DNA of 64,000 nucleotides from a virus. Under the pieces are notes generated by a model. The model was not told the origin of the DNA and did no database searches. It worked only from the letters and a program-made list of their open reading frames with translations. The position numbers and the translations under genes are program-made. Each line of letters begins with the position of its first letter. The first letter of the stretch is position 1. The DNA is taken from positions 1 through 64,000 of IMG/VR virus record IMGVR_UViG_3300002026_000001. One strand, 5' to 3'. Below are positions 9,676 through 19,462 of this stretch, piece after piece.

Positions 9676-12600
9676 ATGAGTCAAGTATTTGCTACGTGGG
9701 ATTCAACGGCATGCGCGGCTTCAATCGCACTGTCTTTAGGTGATTTAAAAGCCACGACTACACAGAGTAACGCTGGGAGCGTAAAAGCAACCCTAGGAAA
9801 GTCTAGCGGTAAGTGGTACTGGGAAGTTGCACAGACTGGCACGCAAGGGGCTGTCATAGGGGTTGCAAATTCTTCCCTTCCTACTTCTGCTTGGGTAGGT
9901 ATGGACGGGAATGGCAAATCCTATTATTCAAATGGATACGTTTTTTCATCTGGATCGGGAGTACCTTACGGCGCTGCCTACTCCGACGGCGCTGTTATAG
10001 GTGTTGCACTCGATATGGACGCCGGTACCGTCTCGTTCTACTTGGATGGGGTGTATCAGGGCGTTGCTTTCAGTGGTCTTACCGGAGTGTTGTATCCGGC
10101 GGTTGGTACTGGCGGAGACACCTCTTGTACATTCACTGCAAACTTTGGTGAAACTGCTTTTGCCTATACTCCTCCAGAAGGTTTCTCCGGCCTCTACTCA
10201 GATTACGGTACTACCGAGGCTACACATTGGCGCATTCGCGCAACAGATGCGTCGTGGACAGCGGATCAAGGTGGATACATCGCCGCCGTGCGTAGCGTTT
10301 ATGCGTATGCCTCAACAGATAGAAGCGGCCCTAATTTGGCGTCCGGCGTTGTAGCATCAGCATCTTCGCAATACGATGCAACCCTCTACACACCTGATAA
10401 GGCGTTTGACGGCATCAACGATACTGCGTGGGCTAACCAAAGTGGTTTAACTAGCTTGTCTTGGCTTCAGTTTATTTTACCAACTGCGGCCACAATCCGC
10501 TCGTTGAGAATAGATTGGTGGAATAACACTGGCACAGGAAGCACGCCCCGGAAGTTTGATCTTCAGTATTCTCTTGATTCTGGCGTTACGTGGACAACAG
10601 CCGCGTCAGGAGCAGTTGGTAATCCCGGCACGTCGGACCCGGTAAGTATCTTGACAAACATTCCAGTTCTGGTGGTTTCGACTGACCAACTCTGGAACAA
10701 GGTTGTCTGTGCAATGCCGATGGATGGCGAAGACAACAGCACCAGCTTTGTTGACCTGAAGGGCCACACGTTTACTGCTGTTGGCAATGCAAAGATAACA
10801 ACTGCCATTAAGAGGATGGGCACAGCAAGTGCCTCGTTTGACGGTGTTGGGGATTATGCCTACATGGCCGTTAGCGATGACTTTACGTTCCCCGGTGACT
10901 TCGCTGTTGACGGCTGGTTGCGACCGACTGCCTCGGCAAGCACTGCTGATGTAATTGGTACTGGTACGAATTATGCGTATCTCGGCTCTGGTCTTGGTGG
11001 TTGGACTATCTCTCTGTGCGGTGATGTTGTTCACTTCGGCTACCAGTTCAACAACTCGTGGGTGTTTGAAGCAGTTTTCACAGGCTCGTCCGTACCGCTG
11101 AACACAGACACGTACTTCCGTTTGTATAGAGAGGATGGGGTAATCCGTCTAGCTATCAACGGTGTGTTGAACCCCGTGTCACACAACTACAGCGGTACGC
11201 TTACGTCAAACGCCTATGGTCTGCACGTTGGTTGTGGTGCAGGTGCTTTTGCCTACCTCTACACAGGCTCGGTCGACGATCTTCGTATCACAAAAGGTGC
11301 TTCGCGTTCTGCTGACCTGTCAGTCCCTACTGAAGCCTTTCCGACTTCACAGGGCGCGCCGACTGCAACCGCACCAGATGCACCTACGTCAGTTGTTGCA
11401 AGCTCACCAACAGCAAGCTCGTTGTCTGTTGCGTTTACCGCGCCGGTGAATGATGGTGGGTCACCGATCACCAGCTACACGGTTACTTCAAACCCCGGAG
11501 GAAAGACTGCAACAGGTTTGTTGAACCCACTAGTCGTGTCCGGTCTGTCATTTGGAACCAGCTACACGTTTACGGTCACGGCGACAAATGCGATTGGGGC
11601 AAGCGAGGCAAGCGAGGCAAGCGAGGTAGTAAGGACAGACGACAAGATTGTTGCATCGCAGTTGGGTGTGCATTCGTTCCAGCTCGTCGTGCCTGCCGGT
11701 GCAATTGCGGCTGAGGTGCTGCATGATCTACGTGCAGTGATTGCCGACTACGGTTGGGATGTTCATGATTCTGCGTACAACGTGTTCCGCTGTCTGAATG
11801 CTGATGGTGTGACGTATAAGTACCTACGTCTGGCGGTAGTTGGGACAACGGATTCGTATGCAACGACCGAGGTGTATGAGTCGTGGAATGGGACAACGCA
11901 CGTGGGATTAAATCGTGCGGGTCCTAATTTAAGTGGGCAGACAGTTGCTGATTACTCAAAGACTGCTTTCCGTTTGACTTCGCCGACGCAAATAAACACG
12001 GTCAATGTGTATTGCAGCCCACGTTGGCTTGCCTTCGGGTCATACACTGATGTTAACGGCGTCCTCGGTTACAACCAGACGATCACCGCTCCGAATGCAG
12101 CACGGCCTGAATCACGAGAAGCAGAAAACACTCCAAAGTCAAGCTACGACGTATCAATCAATACGTATTCTGGTGTGTCTGGATGCTTTGAGTTCTCGCG
12201 TGAAGGACTGGCAGTCCATGGCGAGGTGCCTTGCTTCTTCTGGACGCACACTGCATGGTCTGTTGATGACAAGTTGGTGATCGACACGACAAACAATAAG
12301 CGGGCGCAGCACGATGCATTCTTTACCACGTTTGAACCTCGGTCACAAATCAGCCACGGCATTTTGCCAAGTACGATTGACCAAGCGGGAACGAAGTACA
12401 CGCAAGTACCAATTACGTTTACTACCGCGTTTGTAGATCAGATGGATGGTCGATTCTTGCGTGAGCCGAATGCAGCATTCCCACCAAACGTGTTTAACGG
12501 CATGAATCAGGTGATCGATCTTCCGTGCCGATCCCAGTATGGTTTCTTGGGAGTTGTGTATGGCTTGAAGTTGTGCCATCCAGACAACACGTTGCCGTCG

Positions 12601-12939
12601 ATCTTCCAAAGTAAGGACTTCACTTGCGACAGTAATTTCAATATAGTGAAAGCCGGTTACGGTGACTTGACGAAGCATTGGCCAATCGTTACACGCCTAG
12701 TCAAGTCTGTTGCCCAGTATGATCGAACTGGTGTGTATCACAGCGATCCAGTTTATGGAAACCAGTGCATCTATTCATACGGCAATGTCGATTGTAACGG
12801 GTGGATGTATGGCTACAACTGGTGGGGCAATCACCAAACGTGGGGTATTGTGAATTACGACAATTACTACATGTTTACCTGGGCACTGGCAAAGAATCAA
12901 ACGTTTGATTTCCGTGCAAGGTTTTACATCCCTGCATAG
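9676..12939 (+). CDS. Multidomain adhesin: SPRY + discoidin/F5-8-like + LamG + FN3 + C-terminal IPA-family domain
   Basis: SGKWYWEV...VIGVALDMDAGTVSFY (SPRY); PDKAFDG...WLQF (discoidin); SASFDG.GDY...DDLRITKG (LamG); PDAPT...DGGSPITSYTVT (FN3); C-terminus homologous to 13038-13973. Confidence 0.8.
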   Translation: MSQVFATWDSTACAASIALSLGDLKATTTQSNAGSVKATLGKSSGKWYWEVAQTGTQGAVIGVANSSLPTSAWVGMDGNGKSYYSNGYVFSSGSGVPYGAAYSDGAVIGVALDMDAGTVSFYLDGVYQGVAFSGLTGVLYPAVGTGGDTSCTFTANFGETAFAYTPPEGFSGLYSDYGTTEATHWRIRATDASWTADQGGYIAAVRSVYAYASTDRSGPNLASGVVASASSQYDATLYTPDKAFDGINDTAWANQSGLTSLSWLQFILPTAATIRSLRIDWWNNTGTGSTPRKFDLQYSLDSGVTWTTAASGAVGNPGTSDPVSILTNIPVLVVSTDQLWNKVVCAMPMDGEDNSTSFVDLKGHTFTAVGNAKITTAIKRMGTASASFDGVGDYAYMAVSDDFTFPGDFAVDGWLRPTASASTADVIGTGTNYAYLGSGLGGWTISLCGDVVHFGYQFNNSWVFEAVFTGSSVPLNTDTYFRLYREDGVIRLAINGVLNPVSHNYSGTLTSNAYGLHVGCGAGAFAYLYTGSVDDLRITKGASRSADLSVPTEAFPTSQGAPTATAPDAPTSVVASSPTASSLSVAFTAPVNDGGSPITSYTVTSNPGGKTATGLLNPLVVSGLSFGTSYTFTVTATNAIGASEASEASEVVRTDDKIVASQLGVHSFQLVVPAGAIAAEVLHDLRAVIADYGWDVHDSAYNVFRCLNADGVTYKYLRLAVVGTTDSYATTEVYESWNGTTHVGLNRAGPNLSGQTVADYSKTAFRLTSPTQINTVNVYCSPRWLAFGSYTDVNGVLGYNQTITAPNAARPESREAENTPKSSYDVSINTYSGVSGCFEFSREGLAVHGEVPCFFWTHTAWSVDDKLVIDTTNNKRAQHDAFFTTFEPRSQISHGILPSTIDQAGTKYTQVPITFTTAFVDQMDGRFLREPNAAFPPNVFNGMNQVIDLPCRSQYGFLGVVYGLKLCHPDNTLPSIFQSKDFTCDSNFNIVKAGYGDLTKHWPIVTRLVKSVAQYDRTGVYHSDPVYGNQCIYSYGNVDCNGWMYGYNWWGNHQTWGIVNYDNYYMFTWALAKNQTFDFRARFYIPA

Positions 12940-12994
12940 TCTGGTGGCGTGAGCCACGTAAGTAAGGGCGTGCAGTCTCGACGCTAATGACCAC

Positions 12995-13018
12995 CGGGCT
13001 GGGAATTGACCCAGCCCG
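12995..13018 (+). promoter_or_regulatory. GC-rich hairpin in the leader of the 13038 gene
   Basis: cgggctggg-aattga-cccagcccg, directly before caatttaggag (RBS). Confidence 0.4.
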
Positions 13019-13037
13019 TCAATTTAGGAGCTTCAAC

Positions 13038-13973
13038 ATGTCTGTAACAACTACCCAGATTGGTACCAATTCATTCCAGCTCGATTACACGACTGGAACC
13101 ACGCAATCTGAAATCAAGGCCGCTGTCGAGGCTGCCGTCACCGCCGGTGGCTGGACGGTGTTTGATGCGGCTGCTATCGCTGGTGGCATGGGCGTTTGCT
13201 ACTCGGCACCGAACGCTGACGGCGCTTCGACCAAGTACGTCGTGATCGACTATACTGGTGGCAACATTGTCATTAAGCTGTACGAAACGTGGAACGCAAC
13301 GGCACACACAGGTACGAATCTGGCGACTGGCAGCGATGTCACCGCCTACGGTGGCAAGTATGTGACGAACGCACCGGGTCAAATCTTTGTCTACGTCTCT
13401 CCGCGTTGGCTGGCGATGGTCACGCGTGACCCGGCCACTGGTCAACTCAACTCGAACACTGCATGGCAAGGCGTTTTCGGCGCGTTTGAAGTTGCACGTG
13501 ACAATCCTGAAGATACGGCAGTCGCCGGTTATCCTCCGGTCATCTGGCTCAACAGCCACTTCCTGTTCCTGAACCCGACTGCTCCGTCCGCTCTGTCGTG
13601 CTGTGCATTCATGTCACGCACTCGTTCAGGTGCTGTTGGCGTTGCTGCATTGGTTGAACTCGGCACACTGCTCGGCAAGCCACGTTCGGCTTCGACGATC
13701 AAGACGCAAGCGTTTGTCCCGACCTCCACGAACCTGTGGAACAACAAGGACTGGTCACTGACGCTGTACGCATCGGAGCCGGGTGGAGTTGTTCGCGGTC
13801 GCGTTTATGGCCTGAAGGCGTTCACGTACAACAAGAACCTGTTCATGGACAAGGCTGCGGTCAACTGTGACGGCGATTACTTCTTCAACAGCAGCGGTAG
13901 CGCCGCCGATCACTTCGTGATTATCTCCGGCACCTACGGTTCGGCTGCTGGTCGCGTTCTGATTCCGGCGTAA
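13038..13973 (+). CDS. Putative appendage/fibre major subunit (IPA family, copy 1)
   Basis: Start after aggag; motifs GWTVFDAAA, YETWNAT.H.GTN, FEVARDNPED; ends RVLIPA; strongly C-ending codons. Confidence 0.65.
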   Translation: MSVTTTQIGTNSFQLDYTTGTTQSEIKAAVEAAVTAGGWTVFDAAAIAGGMGVCYSAPNADGASTKYVVIDYTGGNIVIKLYETWNATAHTGTNLATGSDVTAYGGKYVTNAPGQIFVYVSPRWLAMVTRDPATGQLNSNTAWQGVFGAFEVARDNPEDTAVAGYPPVIWLNSHFLFLNPTAPSALSCCAFMSRTRSGAVGVAALVELGTLLGKPRSASTIKTQAFVPTSTNLWNNKDWSLTLYASEPGGVVRGRVYGLKAFTYNKNLFMDKAAVNCDGDYFFNSSGSAADHFVIISGTYGSAAGRVLIPA

Positions 13974-13991
13974 GCAACTGAAGTGAAATAC

Positions 13992-14021
13992 AACTCGGTG
14001 GGGAGACTCACCGAGTTCTTG
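13992..14021 (+). terminator. Putative intrinsic terminator
   Basis: aactcggtg/caccgagtt stem followed by ctt. Confidence 0.6.
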
Positions 14022-14044
14022 TAATAACAACTAAAGGTGCAGAC

Positions 14045-17000
14045 ATGCCTGTTATCTACATATCGCCGTATTACTCAATGCTTGACCACTCCTTGTCTCT
14101 TGAAGGTTTGGCTGGCTTTCGTTACTTTGACCGGTACGGAGGCTCACAGGCTGTCGCACTAAACTCTCGTGCATACGAACCAAGTAGTGCACTTGCAGGT
14201 GTCGCTAGTCAGCCGTATGTCTGGTCAAAATTCATGTTCTCTGAAATGGGAGCATCAGTCGATTGGCGTGAAGGTGCTAGCTTCAATCTGACACACGTCG
14301 AAGCAGACGAACCGTTTGTGGTACGCCACCCGTACGCACAGATCGACACGACAAACTACAGCGCGTCATTCACTCCGGGTTCTGCGTTCACCGCCCCGGC
14401 TGCTGATGTTCGCCTGATGAATTGGTATCAAAACGTTGACAGTGCAAACGCACAAGCAACGTCAAGTCCGGGTTGGGTTCCCGGTGCCGGTATGTTGGCT
14501 GGTGAAGCCGACAGTTATATGTGGTACTTTGGTCTTGATGGATCAACAGCACGTGCAACTGGCGTCAAAGCGTTCCCACCAATCGGTGGTGCTGGTGAAG
14601 CAAACAGCCGCATGTGGTACTTTGGTCCTGACGGCGCGACCGCTCGTGCAACACTCAGTCCGGGTTGGGTTGACGGCAGCACGCTGATCGCTGCTGACGT
14701 AATGAAGCAGACGCGTAAGATTGCGGAAGGCGAAGTTGACGCCTCCAATATAACGCAAGTGTATCCGGGACAAATACCGACAACGGCAGTTGCTCCAGTA
14801 AAGACCGTAAACTACTTCGACTCACTTAGTAATATTCAAACTGGTGGATCAATAGCGAACGGTTCATGGTGTTCAATGTATTGGAACATCAATCAGTCTT
14901 CTGGAATTTCATACTATGAGTTTGCAACCTACGGAAATGCACTGGCCTTTGGATTTTTAACATCTGGATACCAGCCTGCAAGTTGCGTCTACAGCTATGC
15001 CGTACCTCTAGGAGGTAAATTGCTGTCTGGCATTGGCGTAAACGTTTTGGATGCGGACGCCACTGATTACATGGCGCATTCAGGGACGGTTGCAGATAGT
15101 CCGGGAGACGTGTTTGGAGCACTGCTAGATATTGCAAACAGGACTGTAAGGTTTTACCGGAATGGAGTTTTGTTCGCTTCATACTTGAACATACCAACCG
15201 GAAGATCGTGGAGACCGGGGATTTCGTTTATCGGAAACGCACCAACACTACGGTTCAAGACTAGTGAGTTTACCAAGAAGCCTGACGATGTTTCACCAAC
15301 AGAAAGTCCGGGCGGTGTGTATGACGGAACTGCTGTTGGTCTTGCTCAAGCATACCTCAGCAAGATTGAGGATGAGACATTGCAGAATCTCGTTGCTCAG
15401 TACTTGAACAACCCGCCGAGTTCGGTTGCAGTCAAGACTATTAGTGGAAACGTTCTTGAAGATGCGAAGCTTAACAACGGGACGCTAACAACGTTTGGTC
15501 TTTCCAATGGCTACTGGAACTCTTCATTCTGCCCTGTTGAAATCAAGTCAGGAAAAGCATACTTTGAAGTTGTAGCAAACCTAGTAGGAAATTCATTCAC
15601 CATAAGCTTTACAACTGGTGATGGATCACCGGTCAACAATGGAGATTTCAATTCTGGACAATACGGTATTGGAACTAGTGATGGTGCTTGGCCTATCAAT
15701 GGCAACTCGCTAACTGCAAACGTAAATGCACTCTCTTACAGCTACTATATTCAGGCTGACACAAGCTGGAGCATGGGTGATGTACTCTCAGCCATGATCG
15801 ACATACCGAATCAGAAAATCAGGTTCTATATAAACGGTCAGTTGCGTGGTGAGATCACGGGCATACCGCAAAACAAGACGTATCGTGCAGCAATGTGCGC
15901 AGTGAGCGACACGTACATCGCAAGATTCAATCAAAGTAGTTGGTCAATGGCGACAGCTTGTGGTTACACTGTTCCAGAAGGTCTACTCGGCGGACCCGTT
16001 GATGGGCAAGCAGTTGGTACCTACATCTACCAGATGAGTGATGACGATGTTGATTCTTCAGCACCAACACTTGTCTATCAAGGTCAAGTACCTAGCACTG
16101 TTGCAAACGTGGAAAAAGTGGTCAACGCTTTTGAAGGTGCGTTGCTGAATAACGGGCAACTATCAGGTGCATACTCACCTTGGACAACCCTGTACTGCAC
16201 GAAGAGTGCAGTGTTGGGCGGCAAACACTACTTTGAGGTTTTCGCTAAAAACAGTAGCGGCCACCTTGCGCTTGGGTTCACTAACGAGGCTGGCCTGTCA
16301 ATAATTGACAATGCGCAAACTCCGTTTGGTGGATATTACCTGACGACGACGACGAACCGGAACGTGACAAACCCGGAAGCAAAAGTGTACGCCTTCTACC
16401 TTAACCAGTGGGCTAGTCCAGTTGGTGGGTATGTATACGGTGTCCTTCTAGACACTGTAGCCAGAACGATCACGTGGTACGTTAATGGCAGCATTCAAGT
16501 CTCGTGTATAAACATTCCTCTTGATAGGACTTGGATTCCATCGGTGAGTATTTGCAACGACGCGTGGGTTACGATGAGATTTAATCAGGCAAGTTGGACT
16601 CGGTTTTCTGGACTTGGCGTACAATTAGCGACTGTTGCTCCGGGAGGACCAGTTAACGGTCTTGCTGCCGACGCTCTTTTCTTCAAGAAGAACGAGAATG
16701 AAGTTGTATCAACAAACCCTGTTGCTGTTTACTCTGGACTTGTCCCAAGCACGGTTGTTGCACCACAGAAGATTTCAAATGCTTTGGAAGGTGCAGTGCT
16801 TGATAATGGTGGGACTGCTGCATACGCTCCTTCAGACAATTGGCACACGTGGTTGGCAAACAAGTCTGCTACAGGTGGTAAGATGTATTTTGAGGTCTTC
16901 AAGAACTCTGGTACAACAACCGGTATGTTTGGATTTGTGACCAGTATAGGCGCTCAAGCTGCCTCTCTAAACACATTGGGACCGACCGGTTCGTCATTAA

Positions 17001-17848
17001 CGAACTCTATGGTGGCTGTGACAAACCAAGGTGCAACTGACTACGCCTACTACCCTGACAGCTATCAGAGTTGGTCAAATGGCGATACGTTCTCAATGCT
17101 GTTGGATATTGACGCAAGGACACTGAAGTTTTACAGGAACGGTGTTTTCCTAAACGGCTACTCCAACTTGCCTTCTGGACGAACGTGGACACCCGCGATT
17201 GTCAGCTACCAGTCGATGTACGCAACTGCAAAGTTCAATATCAGCACTTGGACTTATGCTGAGTATATCGGAGGCGTGCCTGATGTCGGTTCTCCGGGTG
17301 GTGTTGTAACAGGGTACGCCGTAGACTTTACTAGGATGCGCGTTCAAGAAGATGAGGCAGCGAACATTGTTCTGCACGCTGCTGCTGCTGAAGTTGCATG
17401 GATGGATGGTGCGACTCCACGGTACTTGGTTTCTGATGACACTGCTTGGGGTTCGTCGCAAGGTGTGTGGACGGCTGAACTTAGTAATTTGAGTTCTCGC
17501 AATCCTAGCATTGACCAAGAGGCAGAAAACCTTATTGCAGGTGCACGGAACGATGTTGCGCTCGGAGATTCGTGGATAAGCTGGACACCGGTCTTGGTTA
17601 AAGCGTCAAACGTTGGAACTAGCACAGTGTACGACATGTCAGAACTGAGCGTGTTCTTGACTGCTGATCTGGTCCGACTGCCTCCGCCAAAAGGTCTTGA
17701 CGTTGTTCATGCTGAGGAATTACAAGCATGCGTTGACCTAGCAAGCATGACACGTTGGGACTTCCGAAATGAAATGATGCTGTACCCGTTGAATGTTCAA
17801 CCCACAAGTGGACTTTCCAACACAACTGGCTTCACAACCGAAGGTTAG
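14045..17848 (+). CDS. Large fibre/receptor-binding protein with four tandem SPRY-like modules
   Basis: Four G..Y[FY]E[VF]...GDV..A[LM]LDI..R...FY.NG modules, each closed by a PGG.V.G.A[VA] linker; N-terminal duplicated MWYFG.DG.TARAT motif. Confidence 0.75.
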   Translation: MPVIYISPYYSMLDHSLSLEGLAGFRYFDRYGGSQAVALNSRAYEPSSALAGVASQPYVWSKFMFSEMGASVDWREGASFNLTHVEADEPFVVRHPYAQIDTTNYSASFTPGSAFTAPAADVRLMNWYQNVDSANAQATSSPGWVPGAGMLAGEADSYMWYFGLDGSTARATGVKAFPPIGGAGEANSRMWYFGPDGATARATLSPGWVDGSTLIAADVMKQTRKIAEGEVDASNITQVYPGQIPTTAVAPVKTVNYFDSLSNIQTGGSIANGSWCSMYWNINQSSGISYYEFATYGNALAFGFLTSGYQPASCVYSYAVPLGGKLLSGIGVNVLDADATDYMAHSGTVADSPGDVFGALLDIANRTVRFYRNGVLFASYLNIPTGRSWRPGISFIGNAPTLRFKTSEFTKKPDDVSPTESPGGVYDGTAVGLAQAYLSKIEDETLQNLVAQYLNNPPSSVAVKTISGNVLEDAKLNNGTLTTFGLSNGYWNSSFCPVEIKSGKAYFEVVANLVGNSFTISFTTGDGSPVNNGDFNSGQYGIGTSDGAWPINGNSLTANVNALSYSYYIQADTSWSMGDVLSAMIDIPNQKIRFYINGQLRGEITGIPQNKTYRAAMCAVSDTYIARFNQSSWSMATACGYTVPEGLLGGPVDGQAVGTYIYQMSDDDVDSSAPTLVYQGQVPSTVANVEKVVNAFEGALLNNGQLSGAYSPWTTLYCTKSAVLGGKHYFEVFAKNSSGHLALGFTNEAGLSIIDNAQTPFGGYYLTTTTNRNVTNPEAKVYAFYLNQWASPVGGYVYGVLLDTVARTITWYVNGSIQVSCINIPLDRTWIPSVSICNDAWVTMRFNQASWTRFSGLGVQLATVAPGGPVNGLAADALFFKKNENEVVSTNPVAVYSGLVPSTVVAPQKISNALEGAVLDNGGTAAYAPSDNWHTWLANKSATGGKMYFEVFKNSGTTTGMFGFVTSIGAQAASLNTLGPTGSSLTNSMVAVTNQGATDYAYYPDSYQSWSNGDTFSMLLDIDARTLKFYRNGVFLNGYSNLPSGRTWTPAIVSYQSMYATAKFNISTWTYAEYIGGVPDVGSPGGVVTGYAVDFTRMRVQEDEAANIVLHAAAAEVAWMDGATPRYLVSDDTAWGSSQGVWTAELSNLSSRNPSIDQEAENLIAGARNDVALGDSWISWTPVLVKASNVGTSTVYDMSELSVFLTADLVRLPPPKGLDVVHAEELQACVDLASMTRWDFRNEMMLYPLNVQPTSGLSNTTGFTTEG

Positions 17849-17904
17849 TTGCCTTCTTTAATCTGTATCACCCTTCTGCATTTTTAAATCTGGAGAATTG
17901 AATC

Positions 17905-18852
17905 ATGGCTATGACTGCAACAACGAAACTTGGCAACAACACTTGGGTTGTCTCTTACGCGATGGGCGCGACGATTGCCGACATTTCACTGGCAGTTGGC
18001 GCGGTCGTTGTCGGTGCAGGTTGGACGGTGTTTGATGCTGCTGCCGGTGCCAACGCGATCTGCTACCGCGCTCCGAACTTCGACGGTTCGACATACAAGT
18101 ATGTTGTTCTCGACTACAACACCACCGGCTGGATGCTGATGAAGGTGTACGAAACGTGGAATGCAACGACGCACATCGGCACAAACATCGTTCCACACGC
18201 GACCGACGTGACTATTGGCTACCAGCAAGCACTAAACCTGACGACGGACAAGGGTTTGATCTACCTGTTTGTCAACTCGTCATATCTGGCGATGATTATC
18301 CGCCAGTACACGACGTCGATCTTGGGCAACAGTCTGACATGCGGTATCAGCGGTTGCTTCGAGTTCTCGCGTGACAATCCCGATGACACGGTTGCTGCCG
18401 GTTTCCCGACCCACTGCTTCCTCAACACCGGTATCTTGGGTGAGAACAACGTTGCAACGAACGAAACGATCAGCTTGCCGCGCACCAAGTCCGGTCAGAC
18501 TGGCGTTTCACAATACGGCGAAGTCAGCACCGTGTTTGGCAAGACGTTGTACACCACGCCTTACACGATGAAAGACTTGCTGCCGAACGCCGTCAGCCTT
18601 TGGTCAGGAAAAGACTGGGCCGTCAGCTTGTACGTGCAAGACGGTATCCCAACTGCTCCTTCGGTTCGTGGCCGCATCCAAGGTCTCAAGGGCTTCACGC
18701 AATCGCGTCTCAACTTCATGGATCGCATCCAAGTTCCTTGCGATGCACAACTGAACTACGATCCAGAAGGTACGTTGACCGCCCACTTCGTGATTCCCGG
18801 CGGCAAACAAGGTCCGGGTCTGTACACGGTTCGCTTCCTGATCCCGGCGTAA
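17905..18852 (+). CDS. Putative appendage/fibre major subunit (IPA family, copy 2)
   Basis: GWTVFDAAA, YETWNATTHIGTN, CFEFSRDNPDD; ends RFLIPA. Confidence 0.65.
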   Translation: MAMTATTKLGNNTWVVSYAMGATIADISLAVGAVVVGAGWTVFDAAAGANAICYRAPNFDGSTYKYVVLDYNTTGWMLMKVYETWNATTHIGTNIVPHATDVTIGYQQALNLTTDKGLIYLFVNSSYLAMIIRQYTTSILGNSLTCGISGCFEFSRDNPDDTVAAGFPTHCFLNTGILGENNVATNETISLPRTKSGQTGVSQYGEVSTVFGKTLYTTPYTMKDLLPNAVSLWSGKDWAVSLYVQDGIPTAPSVRGRIQGLKGFTQSRLNFMDRIQVPCDAQLNYDPEGTLTAHFVIPGGKQGPGLYTVRFLIPA

Positions 18853-18858
18853 TTTGTC

Positions 18859-19224
18859 ATGAAAACAGTTGCCAGTCTGAAAGCCACCTTCGGGATGGTT
18901 GAACCAGAACAGAAGGACGAGAACGGCAACGTTCTCGTTCCAGCAACAGATTTGGATTGGGCGAAGGGCTTCAGCTTTTACGCTGTTCCCATTGCGCTGT
19001 TCCCAAATGCCGAAAACCCTGTTGTTGCAATGTTTGAAGAAGTCAACAAACCGATTGCCGACGCACCAGTGTTTCCAGCGCCTGAACTTGATGAAGGTGA
19101 ACCTGCGATCAAGACTCATCTTCCAGCGTACGTACAAAACATGCGTGCTGTTGCTGATGAAGAGTTTATCTACGTCGCTGCAAAAGGAACAGACTTCCCG
19201 TTGGGAACATTGATGCGAGAGTAA
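18859..19224 (+). CDS. Small acidic protein, possible fibre chaperone
   Basis: 121-aa ORF directly after IPA copy 2; role inferred from position only. Confidence 0.45.
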   Translation: MKTVASLKATFGMVEPEQKDENGNVLVPATDLDWAKGFSFYAVPIALFPNAENPVVAMFEEVNKPIADAPVFPAPELDEGEPAIKTHLPAYVQNMRAVADEEFIYVAAKGTDFPLGTLMRE

Positions 19225-19233
19225 CGCACGAGT

Positions 19234-19278
19234 GGGCACACTGAAGTCTAGAAAATAGGATTTCAGTGTGCCCTTATC
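19234..19278 (+). terminator. Putative intrinsic terminator
   Basis: 12-bp stem gggcacactgaa/ttcagtgtgccc. Confidence 0.65.
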
Positions 19279-19306
19279 CGTTCTACTCTAAATTTTGGAG
19301 ATTCAA

Positions 19307-19423
19307 ATGAAAGCAGGTAGTCTTGAACTAGCAGAAGGCGCAAGCTTCAGCAACAGGCCCAGTCGCAACTTGCCCCGCCCTCAACACCTGCTGCACCCTG
19401 ACGTAGCGCGGTCGGTGATCTGA
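19307..19423 (+). pseudogene. 38-codon remnant of a fibre gene N-terminus
   Basis: MKAGSLELAEGASFSN aligns with MLIDGIELAEGSQIKN (8829); both are preceded by CTAAATTT and ggag RBS; similarity is then lost. Confidence 0.45.
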
Positions 19424-19462
19424 TGGTCACCGACCAACACACACAACATAAGGAGTATATTC

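Noticed and set aside
9676-18852. Diversity-generating retroelement among the paralogous fibre genes
   Set aside because: Shared DNA blocks are short, differences are not adenine-specific, and there is no reverse transcriptase in the window.
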